Translations under genes and position numbers: made by a program
Assembly (NCBI RefSeq): GCF_009914755.1
Contig: NC_060925.1
From: the human T2T-CHM13v2.0 reference genome, Homo sapiens
Direction: 5' to 3' (one strand)
DNA: 64,000 bases
Part shown: positions 39,566 to 53,489 of the stretch, piece by piece
Layout of the letters: each line of letters opens with the position of its first letter
Position numbering within the stretch: the stretch's first letter is position 1
The notes under the pieces: generated by a model
What the model saw: the letters and a program-made list of their open reading frames with translations, nothing else
Database searches by the model: none
Told to the model about the DNA's origin: nothing

Positions 39566-39689
39566 ACTTTATTTGATCACTATCATAATTTAGGGGGTAG
39601 AGTAAAACTATTCTATTTTGTAAGTATAAAAAAGAGATTTTTGTTATTTTTAAAAATAACAATACAATTAAAATTTATCCCAGCGATTC

Positions 39690-41980
39690 ACCAATATTAA
39701 TCATTCAATCATAATAGCTGTCTGCAGCCAATCTGCCCACTTAGCAGGGGTGGGGTGGAAGAATCCAGCAAAAATAGATCAGAAGAGGATAAGATTTTTA
39801 TTTGTTTCATCTGTTTAATCTGTAGAGTAATGCTGTGACCCCCTTTAATGCATGTCCCTGGCAATCTGTAACAATTAGTGAGTGTTACCCACCCACATGC
39901 AGCACGATGTGTTAAGTGCACAGACTCCTCCTTTAGCAGCCAATAAGTATCTAGGGATATAAGTTTATCTAATACCATGCACTCTAGTATATGAGATCCA
40001 ACCAAGAGTTTCAGTCCTTGGGTTGCACATATGATGATTTTACAGCTCCCAAAATAGTGATCCTAAGGTCGTGAGTACCATGAGAACTACTTGAAAGCTC
40101 ATTTGTGTCATTGGAGTGTTATACCTAGTATGGGTTTTGGGGGCAAGTACTTAGGTGATATACTGCTAAGTACAATTCACCCAGGGTTGGACGAAGATAA
40201 GTTTGTGATAGGAGTAGCCAATTATTTCCTTTGCAGGCCCACCAGGTTCCCTCCCACTCTTCTTTTTTTCTGTGAAGGTAAGTTTGTGTGGCCTAATCCA
40301 ATTCCAGGTGGTGTTAATAGGAGCATATACTATTACATTCAAACAAGTTTACATGCTACCCACTTTGCATTCAGCACCTAGATTAATTAAATTGGTATGT
40401 GTTGAGGGAAGTCAGGGACCCCGAATGAAGGGACCAGCTGAAGCCATGGCAGAAGAACATAAATTGTGAAGATTTCATGGACATTTATTAGTTCCCCAAA
40501 TTAATACTTTTATAATTTCTTATGTCTGTCTTTACTGCAATATCTGAACATAAATTGTGAAGATTTCATGGACATTTATCACTTCCCCAGTCAATACTCT
40601 TGTGATTTCCTATGCCTGTCTTTAATCTCTTAATCCCGTCGTCTTCATAAACTGAGGATGAATGTCACCTCAGGACCCTGTGATGATTGCGTTAACTGCA
40701 CAAATTGTTTAAACAATATGAAATCTGGGCACCTTGAAAAAAGAAAAGGATAAAAGCGATGTTCAGGGAACAAGGGAGATAAGGTTAAAGTCTGGCTGCC
40801 TGTGGGCCGGGCAGAACAGAGCCATATTTCTCTTATTTCAAAAGCAAGTAGGAGAAATATCACTGAATTCTTTTTCTCAGCAAGGAACATCCCTGAGAAA
40901 GAGAATGCATTCCCACGGGGAGGTCTCTGAAATGGCCGCTTTGGGAACGTCTGTCTTTTAGTATTGTAGATAAGGGATGAAATAAGCCCCAGTCTCCCGT
41001 AGCTCTCCCAGGCTTATTAGGATGAGGAAATTCCCGCCTAATAAATTTTGGTCACACCGCCTGTCTGCTGTCAAACCCTGTCTCCTGATAAGATGTTATC
41101 AATGACAATGCGTGCCCAAAACTTCATTAGCAATTTTAATTTTGCCCCGGTCCTGTGATCTCGCCCTGCCTCCATTTGCCTTGTGATATTTTATTACCTT
41201 GTGAAGCATGTGATCTCTGTGACCCACACCCTATTCATACACTCCCTCCCCTTTTGAAAATCACTAATAAAAACTTGCAGGTTTTGTGGCTTGGGGGGCA
41301 TCACGGAACCTGCTGACATGTGATGTCTCCCCCGGACACCCAGCTTGAAAATTTCTCTCTTTTGTACTCTTTCCCTTTATTTCCAAGACCGGCTGACGCT
41401 TAGGGAAAATAGAAAAGGACTCATGTTGAATATCGGGGGCTGATCGGGGGCTGGTTTCCCCTGATAGGTATGGACTCAGGCTACCATTGTCCATAATTGT
41501 TTTTGGATGTCCATGATTAGGAGAATAGGCTTATTTTGACAAGTGGGGCTTACTGGGAAACCTAGTAAGGGGAGAGGTATTATGCTAACTGTGCTAAAAT
41601 TGGATAGCTGGAAGCAAGCCCAGCAGGCAGTTCAATGTATTACTGTGGCTAAGGCTAGATGCAAGTTTGGTTTGGTGGGCAATTGTGTGTTCCTTTTTAT
41701 TCAGGTTAGTATTTATTGGTTATTGAGTTTCTTGTTGATTGCCAATAATACTGGTGTGCTTTCATGAGCAGGGGATAAACTTCACAGCTGCTCTCTTGGT
41801 TTGAAAAAAAAGTTGTTAATTTAGCCATGCACCAAGTTAGATCCTGAACTATGGGGTACTCATATATGGGATGCTCACAGATGGACCAAGTTATTTAAAA
41901 AATATACAATTGTGCTATATACGTCACCTATTTTTTTCCCTGTTTATCACAGCTGTATTTCAGTGGGGGACCACTTGCTT
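39690..41980 (-). pseudogene. env: env remnant (SU C-terminal part and TM), split by a MER11 LTR
   Basis: NLHLALATVIH*TACWAC (CWAC at 41614-41625); EGTWWAC; furin site tga-cac-aaa-tga at 40099-40110; ISD MVLDKLISLD/LLAAKGG (one frameshift); CALNTSCC at 39899-39922; WADWLQTAIMI membrane-proximal segment. Confidence 0.88.
40400..41466 (+). mobile_element. MER11 (HERV-K HML-8) solo LTR
   Basis: tgttgagggaagtcagggacccc...aacataaattgtgaagatttcatggacattta (twice)...aataaaaacttg...ggtttcccctgata; exact 6-bp TSD ggtatg at 40394-40399 and 41467-41472. Confidence 0.95.
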
Positions 41981-42655
41981 CATTTCATCAATTCTAAGGG
42001 AAATTTTTCTACAGCAATCATTTGTATATCTTTAATAGCCTCAGGGTTCATTGTGTGGGACGTGGCTGTGTGACTACACCAACAAATTTCCCCACAGGTT
42101 ACCTTCATTATAGACATTCTCACTACAGTTTCTATCACCTGTAGGTGGGCCATGTACATTTTAAAGAAGTACTCAGAAGAGTAAAACTGAGAGGTAATTT
42201 CCTTCAAATATTTCTCCAATACTTACTTATTAATGATGATCTTGGTAGGTCTGATACATTTTGTAATAGCTTCATGCAGGTGGTTGTCAATTTGGGTGAA
42301 AAAACACCCATGCAGAGCGTAGTTAGATATCTCCTTTGGATGTAATATGTTTTTCATAAGAATAGTTTTTGTTGTGATATCCAAGAGCTCTGCTGTTTAC
42401 AGTGGGCAGCCAGAATTGCAATTTTTACAAAACAGACTTGCATTGAGTATTATGCAAAATTTGCAGTTGGTATTGTGAGGTCAGGTTAGGAAAGAATGCA
42501 CAAGCTGATTGTAACCCTTGAGGTTTTAGGAAAGCCTTGGTCCAGGTAATGGTATGTTGTATATATTGTCATCCACATTTACATTGATTAGCATCCAGGG
42601 AGAAAGTCCACATTGTCAGTGCAATTTCTTTTTGCCTAAATAAATGGGACCTGGG

Positions 42656-43069
<414 letters not shown>

Positions 43070-43269
43070 TTATTGGCAGGGTTTATATTTATCATCCCAG
43101 GTATTAGTAAGGGCTATAATTTTATCCCTGTGGGCACATAATGTTTGTGAATATTGGCAGTGGATTACAGTGTTGTTAATTTGATTGCACCAATCGCAAG
43201 CTTCAGTTTATTTTAGAAGCATGATATCTCTGTTCTCATTTGTTGTTCATTTAAATATGATGTAGTCAC

Positions 43270-46200
43270 GCCATAGTGGTTTGAATTCAATGTAATCAAG
43301 ACTGTGGACTGTAGTTTTGATATATTGGGAGTCCATTTACCTGTGAGTTGTGTCCATAGTTTTTATTTTAAAAGCCCAGGATGTCTATGATACCCACTCC
43401 CTGTAGGACCATAGCAGAGGTGAAAAACCCAACAGTATTATTTTGTAATGTCTGATGTTGCCTTTGCTTTGGAGTGAAGTGGAAATGTTGATCTTATTGT
43501 AAATCATGTGGCACTATGCAAAAGATGTGAAACCTCATTTATTAATCCCTCAATAACATTAGCAGAGGTTGGTGCCTAGGATGGGTAAGCCAGTAGAAGG
43601 CCCCTGTAGGTGTGCATCCTTATTAAGCATATTTGATGGCTCTTGCTGCTGCAGAGAGAGGCCCAATGCAGTTCATTTTCCAGTTGTGGCATGGCCCTTC
43701 TTTGTAAATTTCTCCTCCCATGTGATAGACTCAGTATCGAGATTGCTGGTATGTGACACAGTCTCCATTGGTTTGGTAAGTATCTTTCTGTTCAATATAC
43801 TTCTCTCTTAAAAATCATTTTTTTATAAATCCATTGTGGCCAAATGTCCTGAGTTCTCCTGGGACCACTGATAGAAAGGAGAAGTAGAGTGGCTTATCCC
43901 AAAGTTCTGGAGATTCACTTTCCTTTAAGAATCTTATCTATTTGGTTGTTTGGTTAGTTCATCAGTTTTAAGGTTGTATCATTCCTCCAATGGGATTTAT
44001 GTAGTATAAGCTGAGATATGGTACATCTTGGTGTAGGAGTAGGAGCCAATGCGGTGATCTTCCCCATATTCTTACCCAAAATTTCTTAGCCTTATACTTA
44101 CTTTCCAGCCCTAATTTTCCAAAGTTCCTACCTCATTAACCACTGACCAACAGAAAAGAAAACATAAACCTTAGAAAAATATTTGTCAAGGGCATCCTAT
44201 ATTGCTAGAAATATTACACAAAGATCAGTTCATTAGACACATTGGTCTATCTCCTGTATGGAAAGGGGAGTGTTTGAATAGGGCTGATAGACTCTAGCTA
44301 TCCATTGTCTGGCTCTGTTATACCGCATGTTCACTTCATCGGTAAAGAAAGCCTATTGCTTTTCTTGTTTTGAGAGCACTGATCATCCTCCCTCTAGTTG
44401 CTGTTGAGCAAGAGGCATTTCTGAAGCTTTTGGCAAGTTAACCTCAATGACAGGCACTGTAGTTATTTCCTCATGGAACGGTGACACTCCAGTAGAAAGA
44501 GAATAAGCTCAGTCTTGTAAAGACAATTTCCATTTTAACAAGGAAGCTTCTATTGATGACCCAATTTTACAGAGAGCTTTTTCTATCACCAGGGCATAAT
44601 AGGAATCTCAGTTCATAGAGTAACAGGCTTTGTACTGCAAGGCCTTTCATTTTAGTAACTGCCTAGTTCAGCACTGAAAGTAGCATCTCTCATGGTGAAT
44701 ATCTTTGGGCTGAGCCTGGGAGCCACTTCCCCAAAAAGCCTGTGGATATACATTTACCTGTTTATTTGGTCCAGAGGCTCTAGGAAGCAAACTTGGGGAT
44801 GGCTGAAACTTATGATTCTAAGTCTTGCCTTCCAGGTTTTAATGGGAGAGCTGAAATGATAGCCTCCTCTTAGATTATCTAATGCCTGTTGTTGCTCAGA
44901 TCTCCACTGAAAAGGGGAAGACTTAGAGGTAACTGAGTAGATGAGGGAAAGCAAATATTAGAGGTGAGGAATGTGTTGCATCAAAATCCAAACATTTCCA
45001 CTACATGTTGGGCCTTTTTCCTCATGTAAGATGTTAGAGTGCTAGAAGCTTGTCTTTTATGAGATTGGGAATCATTGTTCTTCTGAGTTCCAAAGTATCC
45101 CTCAAATTTAACAGACTTGTGGCAGGGTAGGCTTTTATCTCAAGCAACAAAATTTCCCATCCCCTTTCAGTGAAGTGTTTACTAATGATTATGATGACCT
45201 GTGAGACTCATCGTAAACACTAGTAAACACCTCATTGAGATGACCTATAGTCAGGTCCTGTTAAGAGGATGTCATTGACATAATACCAAAAGGAAGTTTC
45301 TGGTGAGAGTACAGGGCAGGCATCTAGGTCCATTCTACAAGTCTGTGTGCAATCACAAGGCTATTTATATACCCCATAGGCAGCCAAGAAGTATACTGTT
45401 TACCCCAAAGTTGAAGGTGAGTAGTGGTTGACTGTCCTGTAAAATCTGTACTAAATAGAACGTATTGGCCAAGTCTACAACTCCAAACTATTTACCCATG
45501 TTATTTTGAGTGTCATGTGCTAGTAAAGATATCTGGATGTTTATAAAAGCATCTTATAAAGGGAATAGCTTTATTTAACCTTCTAGCAGCTTTCAGGAGA
45601 GGTCATACTGAGGAACCGAAAGGAGAAATGGAAGGAATCAGCACCTTCTTTAACTTAGCTATGACAGGTCATAATTCTTCAATGCATTGCCTTGCCTTAC
45701 CTTAGATGCATTGCCTTGCCTTACCTTAGCTGACATTTACCACTTGCACTGGTAGGGAAACGTTAGTTGTTTTCTACTGGGTGGTGTCTACCAATAGTCT
45801 AAAAGCCTTAGGCTTGTTCCATCAGGTTACTTTCTGTCTGAGGAGTTTCATCATTCCAATAATGGCAAAAAGGATAGTCCCCAGGAAGTGGGTACAGGAG
45901 AGTGAGAGTAAGAACTGAAGCATCTCTTAGCAAAACTGAGCCAATTTTAATAGTTAAGTGGGTAATTTACCACCAATTAATTAATCCTCCTGCCAAGGAA
46001 GTCACCTCCTGGCGGATCCCTTTAATGCATGAGTGTTTCCTGAGATTAGGGAGATTTGCACACTTCTGTTCAACAGAGACAGCCAGTGTTTATTTTTTTT
46101 TTGGAGCCCAAACTATAATTAATGTGGTAAAGGAATGATTGCTGAAAAATACAAGCTTTCAAAGCAATTAGGTCCATATGTAGGGGCAGGTACCTAACAC
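43270..46200 (-). pseudogene. pol: pro-pol remnant (PR, RT, RNase H, IN)
   Basis: RT: VVDLANTF (~45458-45481), LPMGYINS (45360-45383), WYYVNDILLTG (45256-45288). RNase H: AFFTDE (~44335-44352). IN: GPCHNWKMNCIGPL (43656-43697), DQHFHFT, GLLK. Weak protease trace QISLISGN near 46040-46065. Confidence 0.92.
45682..45729. repeat. Perfect 24-bp tandem duplication inside pol
   Basis: atgcattgccttgccttaccttag repeated twice. Confidence 0.97.
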
Positions 46201-47400
46201 TGGCTAAGGTTAAGGGCTGGTGGTGAAAGTGAGGCTGTCTCCCAAGGAGAAGCCTGCTGCCGATTGCAGCCTAACCCAGTAAGTAATGTAAATGCTCCAC
46301 CAATTTACCAGATATCATTCAATGTGGGAGCCCCTCTTTCCTTAGAGTCCATGACAACTAATCTTGTTCATCTCAGGTTTCATGCTTATGTATAAACCTA
46401 GCTGTAGGTAGTTTGTTTGACCTAGAAGTATGGAGGCCTTCCTTTTGTTGGTAATTTTGACTAAGTCCAAATAAGGTGCAGTTTATGAAATTAGCAGGCA
46501 TCACTTGACTGAGTTTCTCTTTTGGAAGTTTCTATTTAATCTAGGGCAGTGTGCTTCTTGAACTGTTTTAGCATTAGCCATCAATACCAGCAGAGGACTT
46601 ATGTGTGTCCAGATGGACTCAGGACTCAATTCAGCCTCCTCCAAATTTGCCAAAGCATCATGCATCACACTCTCCATGGCCAGATAAGCCTCCTCTATCA
46701 TCCCCAGCTGATGATCTGTGGCCTCAGCTAACATTTTCCGTTGATAGTTAGCTGCCTAGCCTGAGCCTAAGGTAGGATAGGTGGCTGTCCAAGCCACAGA
46801 AATTCACACCAAGAAAGTATGTACAGTGGACAGGGGCCCAAAAGCTCCTTTGGTGGTCATTTCTATCTTCTATACCAATCGTGAAGATCCTTTAGTAGAA
46901 ATGCCATTTTTCTAATCTTACTATAAAAACCAAATGTTTAATTTTACCCCTTATTAATTGAGCTGGCTTCCAGCCAGATACATTCAATAGAGCTGGGCAA
47001 CCCCTTTTTGTTTAGTTTTTGGGTGAGTCCTTGAGGAGAGACTGCTTCTTATGGTGAAACAGAAGAAGATATATTTTCTCCTATGAAGGAGAACCAACTC
47101 TCAACTAGACCTTCGCCATTTGTCTTTTTTGTTTATATTACTTTCCCTTGGTGTTTAGAGGCAAAGAGTAAAAGATGCTTATCAGTCTCATGGTGGTATT
47201 GTGCTGCCTTATTCACTAGAGGGCACCTGTAGATGCTCTTCCCCTCTGTCTCTGCTCCTAGCTGGGAGTTGAAGCTCCTAACTTCTCCTCAGGTGGCACA
47301 GTGGTGAGAAGTCACAGTGACCAAAGTCCAGCACACATCGTGTGGTTTATAACTACTGTTCCCTAGGATAGCCACCTCTTTCTGGAGTCTTGAGAGGGGT
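46200..47400 (-). pseudogene. gag: gag remnant
   Basis: Lies upstream of pro-pol; includes the helical-looking ORF 46501-46734 (EEAYLAMESVMHDAL...ISPLLVLMANAKTVQEA). No zinc knuckle seen, as expected for class III. Assigned mainly by position. Confidence 0.55.
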
Positions 47401-48497
47401 AAGAATATAACCTTTCTTACCTTTAGTCATTTTAAGTAATGCTTTAGTCAGCTCAGCCCAGACTGGGCTGTTAATATCCTTCCAGGAAGGGACAAAAATG
47501 ATACCATACACAATAAGAAATCCCAGCCTGCCAGCTGCAGAGGCATGCTAGCTGCTTACGAAGGCATCTATCTCCCCAACTGCATATGCTTAGGAGGCTG
47601 TCATTGGCCTGCCATCTCTGGCTTATGGTCCCATTTATTTGCCATAGTAATTCCCAGGGATTAGGAAAGAGTACCCCAAATCATGGTCCCAGCCAGAGGT
47701 ACCTCCACTCTCTATAATCTGTTGCAGGGTGTTGGGTAGCACACCCATGGTCCAGAGGGATGCACTTCTTTCATTTTCCTATTCAGGCCCACAGGTCTTA
47801 CAAAGTGCAGTGCCTGTCTAGGGGGGACCTGGAAGGTGGGCTGACATTCTTTTGGCAGATCAACACCTCTGACCTCTAATGTCAGTTCCAATGGCATGAG
47901 TTTACTCAAATACTAATACTCCTTGATCAGAATAAGGAGACACATGAGGAGACCACACACATACACAACACATAGATCACAATACAACACAGAGCAATGC
48001 CATGAAAAACTGACGCTGAGATATTCCAAATTTTGAGTGCTAACCATTTAAGGCCATCTAAGATCACTTTTGCCAACTGATTGTCCTATTGACTGGATAA
48101 ACCTCATTTCCTAATTTATTTTCTAATTAATTCCAATAATATTTCCCTTTTCTTCCTTATTGGAGTCATATCATTTTCCCCAAGGGTTTGAAAGGATTGC
48201 TAGGCTCATCAAAGGAAAGGACATGACTCCAATATAGAGTGGGAAGATATTTGATGAGACAATGACCATAGATTTGTAAAGCTATAGAAATACTTTAACA
48301 AGTTTACAAATCTGAACAGAGCTATAAATAAATATAGAAAACCACAACATCTAGGCATATCACAGCTAATTTCTGAAAAACAAACAAACAAACAAACAAA
48401 CAAAACAAAAAACATTTCTAGGTATGGCTGAAGGAGGAAGTATGACATGTTGCTCTCATGGAAGTGAATATAAAATAAGGCTACTAGTTGAGATCCT

Positions 48498-48930
48498 ACA
48501 TTAGTTTCCTAGGAGATCTGGACAAATTACCACAAACTCGTCTAAAACAACATTTATTCTCTCACAGTTCAGGAGGCAAGGGACCCAAAATCTAGCTGTC
48601 AAGAGGCACACTTCATCTGAACATTCCAAGGGAGAATCCTTCCTTGTCTCTTCTGGCTTCTGATGGCTCCTAGAATTCCTTGGCTTGTGGCAGCATCACT
48701 CCAATATCTGCCTCCATCTTCTCATGGCCTTTTTCTCTCTTTTCCTGCTTGTCCTTTCCTCCTCTTATAAGAAGATCAGTCATTAGATTGAGGTTCCACC
48801 CAGAAACACAGATGATTTCCTTTTGAGATCCTTAACTAATTGTATCCACAGGAGACTATTTCCAAATAAGGTCACATTCTGAGGTCCTGGTGGACATAAA
48901 TTTTGGAGAGATACTATTCAACTCATTACA
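48498..48930 (-). mobile_element. MLT1C-like MaLR solo LTR
   Basis: attagtttcctagg...aattaccacaaac...ggagaatccttccttgtctcttctggcttctg...tatttccaaataaggtcacattctgagg. Confidence 0.88.
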
Positions 48931-48949
48931 ATGTTAGGATGATAGAAAT

Positions 48950-51450
48950 GATAATACAATGAGAGCAGTTATGATCAAAATTATAGAAATGATATAAATT
49001 ATAATACAATAGACTTCAAAAATAAAGGTAAAACATGTCACCAATAATTTCTACAACCAATTGAGAATATCTTCAATAAAAAAGGCAAGCTTAACACATA
49101 TTTATAGTATTGAACACTGACATATTTATCAAAACATACACACACTGAAGAATATAGCAAAATGATTTCTATAGACAGAAGGAAATTGTTCACAGATGTA
49201 GTAGGTAAGTAGAAGAAGGAATGAAGAAAAGGAGCACAGATACTTGGGTAAATCTAAATGAATGTTACTAAATAAAATATCTGGAAACTTATGAGAAAAA
49301 GGTAGAAGAAATAAATAGATTTAAAGTGTTGTTAGGTTATTATATATTGTTCTGGAAGTGGTAAACATTATGATTTATACTTAACTATGTAAAGAATGAA
49401 TTTGATCATACCAAGGGAAGTCTAAAATATACTAAAACAATATATTAATAAATATGCTAGTAAAAGCAGAAATGAACTAAATAAAATGTCTTAAATAGAA
49501 AATAATAGGCCAGGTGCGGTAGCTCACACCTGTAATCCCAGCACTTTGGGAGGCCGAGGTAGGCAGATCACGAGGTCAGGAGATTGAGACCATCCTGGCC
49601 AACATGATGAAACCTGGTCTCTACTAAAAATACAAAAATTAGCTGGGCGTGGTGGTGCACACCTGTAGTCCCAGCTACTCAGGAGGCTGAGGCAGGAGAA
49701 TCACTTGAACCCAGAAGGCAGAGGTTGCAGCAAGCCGGGATTGCACCACTGCATTCCAGCTTGGCAACAGAGCGAGCGAGATTCCATCTTTAAAAAAAGA
49801 AAGAAAGAAAGAAAGAAAGAAAATAATAAAGAAGAGGAAAAGAAGCATAGTCTGGAAGACACATATATAAATCAAATTATAATTTGTCCTATTTAGTCAC
49901 AACTCTATTGGCATTATGTTAATTATATGCTGAACTAGTACATCAATTAAAAGAAAAGCATTATATTATAAGGGAAAATTCAAACCTATACTTTTCACAA
50001 GAGACACAAAAGAAATAAAGGGTTATGGGAAATTTGAATGTAAAAAGAATTGAAAAAGATACAGCAAACACACACAATAAAATATTTCATCTTTTTACAC
50101 TAATTTTAAACAAAGTATTTTATGAATAAAAGCCGTTATCAAGGTTAAAAAAAACAAATTTTAGAATACAATGTCTCATTGCTTGGAAAAAAGGAAAAGA
50201 ATTATAGCTTTTCAGTATGTGATAAGATAAATGTACATATATAAAGCACAATTAGATTCAAAAAAGAAATAGAAAAATGCACAATTATATTTAGGAATTT
50301 TCATACATTTCAGCCAAAGTCTCATAATTAAGTACTAAAACTTCAGGTAAAGATATAGAGGATAATAGCAACATTACTAATAATCATGACAACATTGACA
50401 GACTTAGACCAATGCACTCAACAAAAGCAGAAAAATTATTCTTTACAATGAATGCCTAAGCATATTTTGAAAGTTTGGATATACATAGAACATGTCTTCT
50501 GATCTATCTGAAATTAAGCCAGAAAATAAAACAAAATCATAGCTATTGTTTATAAAATTGTATTGTTTAAATAAATTGTTAGTGTTCTATTATAAATTAA
50601 ATACAGGTCAAAGAACAAGTAAAACATTAAAATTAAAATACTTTTAATTGAGTGATCATAAATGGGACATATCAAAACTTGTGTTATGCAACGTAAGTCA
50701 TGTGCACAAGACAAAGTCTTAAATGTATATTTTTAAAAAGAAGAAAGTCTAAAAAATCATGGTTTTATATTCTAGCTTGGAAGTTTAAAAAGTAACATGA
50801 AATTAAAATTGAAACTGAGTAGGAAGGCAATAAAGATGAGTTTGAATTAATACATTTTAAATAAGTGCACATTTTTACAAATATACACAACAGAATAAAA
50901 CATAAAAATTATTTTTCTGAAAAAAAAAACCTGATAAAATAGACAATAACCTAGCAAGAATGACTGTAAGACAAACATGAACAGATTTATTTCATAAAGA
51001 TAGAAACACCCTAAACACAATATTGTACAAAGTGAATGCAGCAATACATGAAAAGTATTATACATTACAATCAAGATGGATTCTGGATATTCATGGTTGG
51101 CATAGCCTTAAAATGAATAAATAAAATTTACATCAAGAGAAGGAGAAACTCTCTGATTTTTCAAGATATGTAGAAAGACTATTTGATAAAAATAAAATAA
51201 AAGTTTCTCAAGCTGAAAAAAAGAAATATAATAATCCATTTCTAATATTTTTCCAATCAAATTAGCCAGTGCAATAAGGCAAGAAAAGAGGAAAAAAGAC
51301 GTAAGGTTTAGAAAATAATCAAACTTATTTTCAGTTAACGTGACTGGATATGCAGAAAATTTAAATAAGCTATTCTAATTGCTAAGTAAATCTATCAAAG
51401 TTATTGGATAAAAAGCATATATTAACTTTATTTTTACATATAAGCATCAA
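48950..51450 (+). mobile_element. Old L1M relic (ORF1 end and ORF2), interrupted by an Alu
   Basis: A-rich with L1 ORF2 traces: caattaaaaga...caagagacac; acatatcaaaacttgtg.tatgca; tagccagtgcaataaggcaagaaaa. Confidence 0.7.
49508..49817 (+). mobile_element. AluSc-like element with (GAAA)n tail
   Basis: gatcacgaggtcaggagattgagaccatcctggccaacatg; TSD agaaaataata at 49497-49507 and 49818-49828. Confidence 0.96.
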
Positions 51451-51454
51451 AAAA

Positions 51455-51874
51455 TCTAGTGTTGTGTAACAAAGTACCACAAACTTGGTGGTTTTAGCAG
51501 CAGAAATCTATTCCTTCACAGTTGTGAAGGCTAGAAGTCTGAAATCAAGTTGTTAGTAGAATTGGTTCTTTTTTAAGGGTTCTGAGGGAGAATCTGTTTC
51601 ATGCGTATTTCCTAGTTTCTGGCAATGGCCAGCCATCCTTGCTATTCCTTGGCTTGTCTCTATCTTTACATGACATTCTCTCTGTGTCTCTATATGACTA
51701 TTTTTTAATAAAGATGCCAGTCATATTGGGTTAGGTTCCACACTACTCCAGTATGACCTCATCTTAACTAATTATAGATGCATGAATTCTATTTCCAAAA
51801 ACGTCACATACTGAAACACCAGGGGTCAGGACTTCAGCGTATCTTTTTAGGGGAATATAATTAAACCCATAACA
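51455..51874 (-). mobile_element. MLT1B/C-like MaLR LTR
   Basis: aacaaagtaccacaaacttggtgg...gaagtctgaaatcaag...ccagtatgacctcatcttaactaatta...aacccataaca. Confidence 0.87.
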
Positions 51875-51991
51875 GACAAAAATGAGATATTACATAGTGC
51901 TCACTAGATTGAAAGCTGGAAAATGTTAAATGAATACCTGCCTTGGAATCTCTTGGAAACCTCAAGGCTTGCTGTGAAATGTTAGTTTTTA

Positions 51992-52326
<335 letters not shown>

Positions 52327-52517
52327 TCATTGTGAAGAACAAAACAGCACTATGTACTGTATTTCAATTAAATGTTACTATATATCAAGATGCAGAAATC
52401 ATCTTCCTGGTTATCTGTTCAAAAGATACAGGACCAAAAATAAAAAATCCACATATGTATTTTTTATAGCATTAGAAATTGAAGGCAATTTGAGGCTACA
52501 CTGTAGGAGATGCAGAT

Positions 52518-53089
52518 AAGGATCTAGAACTAGAAATCTCATTTGACCCAGCCATCCCATTACTGGCCATATACCCAAAGGATTATAAATCATGCTGCTA
52601 TAAAGACACATACACACATATATTTATTGTGGCACTATTCACAATAGCAAAGACTTGGAACCAACCCAAATGTCCATCAATGATAGATTGGATTAAGAAA
52701 ATGTGGCACACATGCACCATGGAATACTATGCAGCCGTAAAAAAGGATGAGTTCATGTCCTTTGTAGGGACATGGATGAAGCTGGAAACCATCATTCTGA
52801 GCAAACTATTGAAAGGACAGAAAACCAAACACCGCATGTTCTCACTTATAGGTGGGAATTGAAAAATTAGAACACTTGGACACAGGGTGGGGAACATCAT
52901 ACACTGGGGCCTGTTGTGGGATGGAGGGAGGGGGGAGGAGGGAAGGATAGCATTGGGAGATACACCTAATGTTAAATGACGAGTTAATGGGTGCAGCACA
53001 CCAACATGGCACATGTATACGTATGTAACAAACCTGCACCTTGTGCACATGTACCCTAGAACTTAAAGTATAATAAAAGTAATAAAAAA
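52518..53089 (+). mobile_element. 5'-truncated L1PA (L1PA4/5-like) 3' end
   Basis: ORF2 tail ...HRMFSLIGGN* (52629-52862), G-rich 3' UTR, gtaccctagaacttaaagtataataaaa. Confidence 0.95.
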
Positions 53090-53489
53090 GGAGCTAAGTA
53101 ATAAATAAATATAAAATAAAATGGTATTAATGCTCAACATGGAGCACAACAGAACATTTAGAAAGAAGGAGTAGATGTGCACATGATACTACAAGCATAC
53201 CTTTCAAAAAGCAGGGTTTACAGAAAAAGTAAAATAAAGAACAGAATGGATCAACACAATATCATTAACATATATGAGAATCAACTGCAATAAAACAATA
53301 AAACATACTTTATACAAAGAACAGTGTGTGACTTAACATAGTATAATGGATATAAAGGGAGTGGCTAACCAAATATTAATTATACGGAATAGGGGAGAGG
53401 CATTGGATGAGCATTGACAATAGTGGGCCACACTCAGTGTATGGAGTCACATCAAGAAGCATGATTAACATACAACTTGGCATCTGGGG

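Noticed and set aside
39189-39662. 157-aa ORF with HIYIYE repeats
   Set aside because: Translation of the AT minisatellite.
42050-42350. HIT and HTM motifs suggesting a 2H phosphoesterase in the ERV
   Set aside because: The two HxT motifs lie in different frames and lack the hydrophobic context; chance-level evidence.
47700-47910. 5' LTR end and primer-binding site of the provirus
   Set aside because: Minus-strand ...gcaaca gattatagagagtgg only loosely resembles an LTR end plus Leu PBS; no TSD or partner LTR to confirm it.
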